This document shows positions 6,789 to 13,246 of a stretch of DNA of 13,246 nucleotides, piece by piece (position 1 is the stretch's first letter; every line of letters starts with the position of its first letter). A program made the translations under genes and the position numbers. The notes under the pieces are model-generated. The model was not told where the DNA came from. It made no database searches and worked only from the letters and a program-made list of their open reading frames with translations. The stretch comes from Chthonomonadales bacterium (GTDB taxonomy: Bacteria; Armatimonadota; Chthonomonadetes; Chthonomonadales; Chthonomonadaceae): positions 1-13,246 of the forward strand of contig JBBQPO010000170.1 of assembly GCA_038217285.1 (NCBI GenBank), in the 5' to 3' direction.

Positions 6789-8492
6789 ATGGTACGTTCT
6801 GATGCACAGCGCTCACCGGTCTCTACGACCGGTGAGCCTACCCCTCTCGATCAGGGATCGAAAAGCGATGCGCGCCGTTTTCCAAAAACGGCGCGTCTGC
6901 TTGTCCTTCTATTCCTGCTCGCTTTCGCCGCCGTCTTATGGCTCCGACCGGCCTGGAAGGAGACCACGCGCCGCGAGGCCTATCTTCCCCAACTCGAGGC
7001 CGAGGCGCTCCATGACCCGTTTGACGCCCGACTGGAGGCCCTGCTCGGCGGGCGCCTCATGCAGGCGGGCGACTATCCCCAGGCAGCGGAAGCCTTTCGT
7101 CACGCCTGGGCAGCGGGTGAGCAAAATAGCATGATCGCCCGTGCACTTGCCGCCTGTACCGCCGCCGAGCCTGCGCGCGCGCTAGCCGACCTGAAGCTGG
7201 CCCTACAGTCGCTGCCCCAGGATGCCGACCTGCGCCGGACCATGGAGGCTGTCAGCCGCCTCGATCCACACCCGGCTCCCGCGCTTCTGGCGCGAACGAT
7301 CCTGCCCGATGGACCGGAGCCTCTCGTGACGCGCTACGCCCCCGGTAGTGGGCTGAACCGCTTCTCCGAATGGTGGGGGCGCGGTCATGAGGAGGCCAGC
7401 GGTTTTACGACACGCCAGCAGTGGGCGGCGGCGGAGCCCAACGACGCCCGCGTCCAACGGTTATGGGGCCGAGCGCTTGCCCGTAACCGGCGATTTCAAG
7501 AAGCCCTCGCCGCCTTGCAGCATTCCATCGCCCTCGATCCAGCCTCCCCAGAGACGCATCTCGCTCTCGCCGATACGCTGGATGCCGCCGGGTTGACCTC
7601 GGAAGCCACGCTCGAATACCTGCAGTGCCTGAAAGCCCGTCCCAACTGGCTGCCGGCCCTTCTGGGCGCGGGCAAGACCTACTTCGAGATCGGCCTGGCA
7701 CAGATAGCAGGGGCCAGCTACCTTCAGGCGACTCAGGTCGCGCCGACCTCTGCAGACGCCTGGATCGGACTCGGGCGCGCTTACCGTAATACCGGCGTGG
7801 ATCAGGCCAAGTCCGTGGCCGCTTTCCAAACGGCCGGACGCCTCGCCCCCGAGCGCGAAGACTATTTGGACGACTACGCCGATGCGCTCCGACAGGCGAT
7901 TCAATGGCCGGCGGCAGAGGCGGTTCTGCGGAGACGACTGCGAACCTCCCCCGAGGATCCCCTCGCCCACTACATGCTGGGTATGGTGATGCTGAACAAT
8001 ACGCCGACCCCGGAGCGGCAGATCGAGGCGGAGGCCGAGACGCGCACCGCGCTGCGCCTCTACCCGCACAGTTCGCTCGCCGACATTCAGCTCGCGCTGA
8101 TAGTGCTTTCGCACGCGCAACCGAAGGAAGCGATCCCTCTGCTCACCGATGCCCTGCAAACCGATCCCTTCAACCGCAATGCCATGACGATTCTCGCCCG
8201 AGCCTACCGGCAGACGGGCCAGTCCGATCTCGCCGACCAGATCTCCAAACAGGCCGACCAACTCTATCAGGATCAACAGCGCGCCCAGGTGCTGGAGAGC
8301 AAGGAGGCAAAGCAGGTGATGGATCCGGAGATACACGCCGCGTTGGCGGTGCTCTATCAGCGTATCGGACAGTCCAAGAAAGGACTCTATGAGCAGAGTA
8401 TGGCCCGCCTTATTCGCAGCGATCCCAAAACGGCTGCGGAAGAGATGCGGAAGATCCGAAGTGTACGGGACAACGCCATCGCGCCACACTAG
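6789..8492 (+). CDS. Membrane-anchored tetratricopeptide-repeat protein
   Basis: Long ORF (start GTG 6780 or ATG 6789, uncertain). N-terminal TM LLVLLFLLAFAAVLWL followed by many TPR-like units (ALAALQHSIALDPASPETHLALA, APTSADAWIGLGRAY, SPEDPLAHYMLG, DPFNRNAMTILARAY). Confidence 0.88.
   Translation: MVRSDAQRSPVSTTGEPTPLDQGSKSDARRFPKTARLLVLLFLLAFAAVLWLRPAWKETTRREAYLPQLEAEALHDPFDARLEALLGGRLMQAGDYPQAAEAFRHAWAAGEQNSMIARALAACTAAEPARALADLKLALQSLPQDADLRRTMEAVSRLDPHPAPALLARTILPDGPEPLVTRYAPGSGLNRFSEWWGRGHEEASGFTTRQQWAAAEPNDARVQRLWGRALARNRRFQEALAALQHSIALDPASPETHLALADTLDAAGLTSEATLEYLQCLKARPNWLPALLGAGKTYFEIGLAQIAGASYLQATQVAPTSADAWIGLGRAYRNTGVDQAKSVAAFQTAGRLAPEREDYLDDYADALRQAIQWPAAEAVLRRRLRTSPEDPLAHYMLGMVMLNNTPTPERQIEAEAETRTALRLYPHSSLADIQLALIVLSHAQPKEAIPLLTDALQTDPFNRNAMTILARAYRQTGQSDLADQISKQADQLYQDQQRAQVLESKEAKQVMDPEIHAALAVLYQRIGQSKKGLYEQSMARLIRSDPKTAAEEMRKIRSVRDNAIAPH
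6811..6895 (+). other. Three tandem hairpins just downstream of the prepilin-like gene, inside the predicted TPR 5' end
   Basis: GCTCACCGGTC/GACCGGTGAGC (6811-6837, 11 bp), TCGATC/GATCGA (6847-6861) and CGCGCCGTTTT/AAAACGGCGCG (6871-6895, 11 bp). Confidence 0.6.
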
Positions 8493-10203
8493 CGTCCCGC
8501 TCCGTCGCCTGGCAGCCGTCGTTGGAGCAGGCTCTCTGAGTCTGCTGATCTTCGGATGCCCGTCCGGCAACGGTGCGCCGAAGAGTGCGCCTGCCCCCGT
8601 CCCGCCTGCCGCGTCCGTGGGCCCACATTTCGTGGATGTCGCCGCCGCCGCTGGCCTGAACTACCGGTGGGAGATCGCCGGGAAGCGGCCGCTCAACATC
8701 CTCCAGACCATCGGCAACGGCTGCGCCTTTCTCGACTACAACGGCGACGGGAATCTGGACATCCTCCTGGTAGGACCGAAGACGGCCCTCTACCGGGGCG
8801 ACGGCAAAGGCCATTTCATCGATGTGTCCCGCGAGACCGGCCTCAGCAAACTGTCCGGCCAGTTCCTGGGCTGCGCCGTGGGAGACTACGATAACGACGG
8901 CTACCCGGACATCTACCTCAGCGGATACCGAACCGGCGTCCTCCTCCACAACGATCACGGCAAGGCGTTCTCGGATGTGACGCGATCCGCCGGACTGCAG
9001 CCTCAGCCGTGGGGCACCTCATGCGCCTGGGCCGAAACCGTGCCGGGATCCGGCAGGCTCGACCTCTATGTGGCCAACTACGCGCGCTTCGACACCGGAA
9101 AAAGCATTCCCCAGTTGTGCGAATCCCGCGGAATCCTGACCTCGTGCGGCCCGCGCTTCTATAATCCGCTGCACGGTGCCTTCTACCGCAACCTGGGCTC
9201 CGGCCGATTCGTCCGCGCCGATCAGGCGCTCGCCGTGCCCAAAACCCAGGGCCGTGGGCTCGGTCTGGGCTTCGCGCCTCTCGATGCGTCGGGGCGGCCC
9301 TCCCTCGCCATCGCCAACGACGAGATGCCTGGCGATCTTCTGACTCCCGCTGGCGCGGAAAAGGCTGCGAAGTATGTCAACCAGGGCGTCTCCAGCGGGG
9401 TCGGCATGGACCGTGACGGCAACATCCACGGCGGAATGGGGATGGACTGGGGCGACTACGACAACGACGGCCGCTTCGATCTCTTTGTCTCGACGTTTCA
9501 GGGGGAGGCGAAATCGCTCTACCACAACGACGGCCACAGCCTCTTCACCGACTCGACCTATGTCGCCGCTCTGGCAGAGGCGACCATGCCGCACGTGGCG
9601 TTCGGATGCAAACTGTTCGACTACGACAACGACGGCGCGCTCGACCTGATCGTCGCGAACGGGCATGTTCAGGACAATATCCATGCCATCGATAGCAACG
9701 CCGCCTACCGGCAGGCGACGCAGCTCTTCCATAACCGCAACAACAGGCCCGCGACGTTCGAGAATGTGAGTCTCACGGCGGGCAAGGACCTCCAGAGGCC
9801 CATCGTCGGCCGGGGAGTTGCCATCGGGGATTTCGATAATGATGGTCGGGTCGATGTGCTGGTGGTGGATAGCGAAGGCGCCCCTCTGCTTCTGCACAAC
9901 GAAACCACTGGGACGGGGCACTGGCTGGGGGTAAAACTCGTCGGTACGCGCAGCAACCGATCCGGCATCGGCGCGGTGGTCACGGCGACGGTAGGAGGCA
10001 ACCAGCGGGTGCGCCTCTGCCACGCCGACGGCTCCTATCTCTCCTCTTCGGATCTCCGAGTCCACTTCGGGCTCGGAGGCGACTCAAGAGCAGCAGTTCT
10101 GACCGTCCGCTGGCCGAGCGGCAAAACGGATCTCTTCAAGGACGTGGCCGGAGATCGTTATATCACCCTGCGCGAAGGCGGAGGCCTCACGGCCTACCCG
10201 TGA
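8389..10203 (+). CDS. CRTAC1-family protein (FG-GAP/VCBS beta-propeller plus C-terminal ASPIC/UnbV domain), probable lipoprotein
   Basis: Repeated DYNGDGNLDI, DYDNDGYPDI, DYDNDGRFDL, DYDNDGALDL and DFDNDGRVDV Ca-binding motifs; C-terminal SYLSSSDLRVHFGLG...VRWPSG; lipobox-like LLIFG-C followed by a Pro/Ala linker. Start uncertain (ATG 8389 with AAGGA, or GTG 8461). Confidence 0.92.
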   Translation: MSRVWPALFAAIPKRLRKRCGRSEVYGTTPSRHTSVPLRRLAAVVGAGSLSLLIFGCPSGNGAPKSAPAPVPPAASVGPHFVDVAAAAGLNYRWEIAGKRPLNILQTIGNGCAFLDYNGDGNLDILLVGPKTALYRGDGKGHFIDVSRETGLSKLSGQFLGCAVGDYDNDGYPDIYLSGYRTGVLLHNDHGKAFSDVTRSAGLQPQPWGTSCAWAETVPGSGRLDLYVANYARFDTGKSIPQLCESRGILTSCGPRFYNPLHGAFYRNLGSGRFVRADQALAVPKTQGRGLGLGFAPLDASGRPSLAIANDEMPGDLLTPAGAEKAAKYVNQGVSSGVGMDRDGNIHGGMGMDWGDYDNDGRFDLFVSTFQGEAKSLYHNDGHSLFTDSTYVAALAEATMPHVAFGCKLFDYDNDGALDLIVANGHVQDNIHAIDSNAAYRQATQLFHNRNNRPATFENVSLTAGKDLQRPIVGRGVAIGDFDNDGRVDVLVVDSEGAPLLLHNETTGTGHWLGVKLVGTRSNRSGIGAVVTATVGGNQRVRLCHADGSYLSSSDLRVHFGLGGDSRAAVLTVRWPSGKTDLFKDVAGDRYITLREGGGLTAYP

Positions 10204-11890
10204 CGCCCTTGCCTTCGGTAACCGTCAGGATCCTATCCCCCTCGACATTCCGCAGCACCTCACGGCGGCCGTCCGGCCAGCGAATGGCGACCTCGTCGAG
10301 GTGGGTAAGCGCGCCCAGCCCGAAATGGACGCGCGGATCGCTGGAGGAGAGATACGAAGAGGCCGGAGAGACCTGCCCACTCCAGAGCTGTCCGCCCCCG
10401 CGTGCGCGCACCTGCGCCCCATAAGCAAAATGGTTCTCTCCGCTCGCGCGCAGATCCAGCGTGATCCAGTGATTCGCAGTGGTCGAGACGTTGTGCATCA
10501 GGATCGGCGCTCCTTCCATATCGACCGCCAGAAAATCCATGCGCCCATCGTTATCGAAATCTCCGGTCGCGAGTCCTCGTCCCAGAATCGGCTTTGCCAT
10601 CGCCTCCCCGAGCGTCGGCCCAAGATTCTGAAACGAGCGCCCAGCAAGGTTGCGAAAGAGCATCATCGGCTGTCGAAAGGTGGACTGCGGGTCGGTGAGG
10701 TGTACGGTATCGTAGACATGTCCGCAGGTGAAGACCAGATCCGGCCAGCCGTCGTTATCGACATCGATCCACTTCGCGCCGAATCCAAGTGGCTTGTACG
10801 TCGGCGCGCTCAGCCCGGTCCTGTCGCTCGCCAACTCGAACGTGGCGGTACCGACATTGTGGAAGAGCGCGAAGGACTCGTCGGAGAAGCCGGTAACGAT
10901 AAGATCCGGCCGACCGTCCCGATCGTAGTCGGCCCAGTCCGCGCCCATCGCCGCGATCGCATGGTCCAGCGCGCCATAAGAGACGCCGCCTGCCGTCCCG
11001 ATATTGGTAAAGCGCATCTTGCCTTCGTTGCGCAGGAGTTCGGCGGGTGTGCCGTCGTTACCGATGTAGAAATCCATGCGCCCATGCTCGTCCGGGTCCG
11101 CAAACGCCACCACGAGCGCTTTCCCATGAGTCGCCTTCATTCCGGCGGTCGCAGGGATCTCCCGATAGCGGCCGTTCCCCACGTTCTCCCAGATCTCGCC
11201 GTACTCCGGACGATAGCTGGTCGGCGGGCATCCGGTCGTGACACCCGGCGCAGGGGAGCAGGTCTGCGGTTCTTTCGGCCCGAAGATGACATAATTCAGG
11301 ATCACCAGATCGAGCCGCCCTTTGCCGGCCAGATCCATAAACCCCGCGCTGGCCCCCCAGTGGCCCCGGTTGTGCGGGTCTAACCCTGCCGCAGCGGTCG
11401 CATCGGCGAATCGTCTGCCGTGGTCGCTGCGCAGGACCGCGAGGCAGTGAACCCCCGTCAGCACGATGTCCAGGTAGCCGTCCCCGTTGTAGTCCCCGAC
11501 AGCGCATCCCGTCCAGTAACCGGTCACCTTGTCCAGGCCGACTTCCGCCGTAACATCGGCGAACTGCCCGTTTCTCAGGTTGTGGTAGAGGCGGCAGAAC
11601 GGACGGGCGACCAGCAGAACGTCCTGCCATCCATCGTTATCATAATCGAGGAACGCGCAGCCCATGCCGAAGGCTTCCAGGTTGCGTAGTGGACGCGCCA
11701 GGGGCGGCCAGACGTAGCGCAGGCCGCTCGCTGCGGCGGTCTCCTCGAAGCGGATGCCCGCCGTATCCGGCGTAAGAGCCGAGGGGTTGGGAGGGGGTGT
11801 TCCGGTGGCGCCACGCGTGTGATTGCATCCGCAGAACAGCCCGGTGAAGAGGAGAGTGCAGAGCGCGAAGACCCTGGCAGTACGATTCAT
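10187..11890 (-). CDS. CRTAC1-family protein (FG-GAP/VCBS plus ASPIC/UnbV), probable lipoprotein
   Basis: GAGG RBS; signal peptide MNRTARVFALCTLLFTGLFCG-C; DYDNDGWQDV, DYNGDGYLDI, DYDRDGRPDL, DVDNDGWPDL and DFDNDGRMDF repeats; SYLSSSDPRVHFGLG...IRWPDG. Confidence 0.93.
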   Translation of the reverse strand: MNRTARVFALCTLLFTGLFCGCNHTRGATGTPPPNPSALTPDTAGIRFEETAAASGLRYVWPPLARPLRNLEAFGMGCAFLDYDNDGWQDVLLVARPFCRLYHNLRNGQFADVTAEVGLDKVTGYWTGCAVGDYNGDGYLDIVLTGVHCLAVLRSDHGRRFADATAAAGLDPHNRGHWGASAGFMDLAGKGRLDLVILNYVIFGPKEPQTCSPAPGVTTGCPPTSYRPEYGEIWENVGNGRYREIPATAGMKATHGKALVVAFADPDEHGRMDFYIGNDGTPAELLRNEGKMRFTNIGTAGGVSYGALDHAIAAMGADWADYDRDGRPDLIVTGFSDESFALFHNVGTATFELASDRTGLSAPTYKPLGFGAKWIDVDNDGWPDLVFTCGHVYDTVHLTDPQSTFRQPMMLFRNLAGRSFQNLGPTLGEAMAKPILGRGLATGDFDNDGRMDFLAVDMEGAPILMHNVSTTANHWITLDLRASGENHFAYGAQVRARGGGQLWSGQVSPASSYLSSSDPRVHFGLGALTHLDEVAIRWPDGRREVLRNVEGDRILTVTEGKGVTGRP

Positions 11891-12019
11891 GTTGCCTCAC
11901 AAACAAGATCCGATGAAGTGCTAGGGCCTTATTTCGGTATGCGGGAACCTTCTTCCTGCCGCGCCGCAATCTCCTCCGGATGGCCCTGTGTCCTATCCCT
12001 GTTCCCCCCTCCCACAACA

Positions 12020-12069
12020 GACGACCTCCCACGCTTTTCCTGCAAGCCGGAAGAGCGTGGGAGGTCGTC
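12020..12069 (-). terminator. Long stem-loop after the minus-strand prepilin-like gene (terminator or mRNA-stabilising hairpin)
   Basis: GACGACCTCCCACGCTTTTCC (12020-12040) / GGAAGAGCGTGGGAGGTCGTC (12049-12069): 21-bp stem with one mismatch, 18 bp after the stop at 12088. Only a weak U-tract (UGUUGU) on the minus strand. Confidence 0.65.
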
Positions 12070-12087
12070 GTACGAGGGCAGGCAGGA

Positions 12088-12861
12088 CTATGGATGACAG
12101 TAGAGAACGCCGGGGTTCCGATCATAGCTGTTGTCAAGGTCTTGTGGGAACATACTCAGCTTCTGGGCAGCGGTAGAGAGGTACCACTTGCCGTGCCCGT
12201 CGGCAAAAGCGAGATTGTAGCCCTTCGAGTGCGGCATGTAGTTGGTCTTCGAGTTGTTCTTTTCGTAGGCCACGACATCGTCGCAGTAGCCCGGAACGGG
12301 CCGCAGATAGGCGCGATTGAAGACATAGCCGCGTCCGCTTTCACGCATGATGAACAGGCTCGCGGTCGCCACAATCGCGGCTTGCGCCAGGCCGGTTCGG
12401 GTGATGACATTGCCATTCATGTGGTAGCCGAGGTTCGGGGGCCGGGTATCCAACGGACCGTTGCCGATGTTGGTCGGGCATATCCAGATCTGCTGGTTCT
12501 TGGTATAGGGATAGAGCTCGTCTTTGTAGTTGGTGGCGCTCTCCCCCGCCACACCGGACCCCACGACCGGCACACCGTCATAACGATTGTTGCCGAACCA
12601 GGCTTCGACAGGGAAGGTCTCGTCGTAGTCCTGAATGTACATGATGGTCGCCAGCCCAATCTGTTTGTTGTTGGACAGACAACTGGTCTGACGCGCTTTT
12701 TCGCGGGCCTGCGCGAAGACCGGAAATAGGATTGCGGCGAGAATAGCGATAATGGCGATGACGACGAGCAGTTCAATCAGCGTAAATCCCGCGAAACGGC
12801 GGAGGCCGCTCACAGTACGCCGGTTCGACCCGGAGGGGTTCTGTTGTAGATACGATTGCAT
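12088..12861 (-). CDS. Prepilin-type N-terminal cleavage/methylation domain protein (DUF1559 / H-X9-DG family)
   Basis: GAAAGGA RBS favours ATG 12861 (MQSYL...). [63 protein letters not shown]; canonical [13 protein letters not shown]. Confidence 0.93.
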   Translation of the reverse strand: MQSYLQQNPSGSNRRTVSGLRRFAGFTLIELLVVIAIIAILAAILFPVFAQAREKARQTSCLSNNKQIGLATIMYIQDYDETFPVEAWFGNNRYDGVPVVGSGVAGESATNYKDELYPYTKNQQIWICPTNIGNGPLDTRPPNLGYHMNGNVITRTGLAQAAIVATASLFIMRESGRGYVFNRAYLRPVPGYCDDVVAYEKNNSKTNYMPHSKGYNLAFADGHGKWYLSTAAQKLSMFPQDLDNSYDRNPGVLYCHP

Positions 12862-12903
12862 CTTGAGTCCTTTCATTGACGAATCCGCCGTTTCCCGGCG
12901 GCG

Positions 12904-13246
12904 TTAGTTTGCAGCGACATCGGCTGCGAAATCAGTGGATTGGCGGACGATAAGCTCCCCTTTAATAATCGCGTGACGCGGCGGCCCTGCGTAACCGTTC
13001 AAGCGTTCGCGCAACAAAGAAAGAAACACCTCCACCATTTTTTCGACCGGGTGAGAAACTGTCGTCAGAGGGAGGCGTCCGAAGCGGGCCGGGGGCTGGT
13101 CATCGTGTCCCACGACGCTGACATCCTCCGGGACGCGAAAACCCAACTCCTGCGCCGCGACGATAAAGCCCTGCGCTGTCCGGTCATTCACAATACACAT
13201 TCCTGTCGGGCGGCTCTCCAGCGGCAGCGCCGCCCATTGCCGCGCG
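12904..13246 (-). CDS. LacI-type sugar-sensing transcriptional regulator (LacI or GntR/AraR-like), C-terminal part; 5' end outside the window
   Basis: Frame is open to the window edge (ARQWAALPLESRPTGMCIVNDRTA...). GFRVPEDVSVVGHDD, PLTTVSHP and GELIVRQST are hallmark LacI-family effector-domain motifs. Confidence 0.9.
   Translation of the reverse strand, partial: ARQWAALPLESRPTGMCIVNDRTAQGFIVAAQELGFRVPEDVSVVGHDDQPPARFGRLPLTTVSHPVEKMVEVFLSLLRERLNGYAGPPRHAIIKGELIVRQSTDFAADVAAN

Noticed and set aside
3135-11383. Long antisense ORFs (3135..4598, 4438..5511, 5858..6790, 7461..8570, 9019..10065, 10301..11383)
   Set aside because: Typical stop-poor shadows of high-GC genes on the opposite strand, with no recognisable motifs.
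8730-11650. Recurring GACTACGACAACGACGG-like nucleotide repeats as a CRISPR or tandem array
   Set aside because: They encode the DxDxDG FG-GAP motifs of the CRTAC1 proteins and are irregularly spaced within coding sequence.

Overview
GC-rich bacterial window, probably Armatimonadota or a similar lineage (inferred from the two DUF1559/H-X9-DG prepilin-like genes). The left ~3 kb is a decaying accessory region. It holds an IS1182-like transposase with an apparent in-frame internal deletion (missing from the ORF track), a frameshifted secreted-protein gene, a C5 DNA methyltransferase C-terminal scrap, and a BlaI/BlaR1-like pair that has lost its DNA-binding and M56 protease domains. The middle holds a signal-peptide-bearing lactonase (Pgl/YbhE family) and an aldo/keto reductase, separated by a perfect 32-bp palindrome. 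The right ~7.3 kb is a mirror-image convergent cluster: prepilin-like DUF1559 > TPR > CRTAC1/ASPIC-UnbV lipoprotein >< CRTAC1/ASPIC-UnbV lipoprotein < prepilin-like DUF1559 < LacI-type sensor-domain regulator. A strong hairpin follows each prepilin-like gene. All family calls come from motif recognition by eye, not from database searches.
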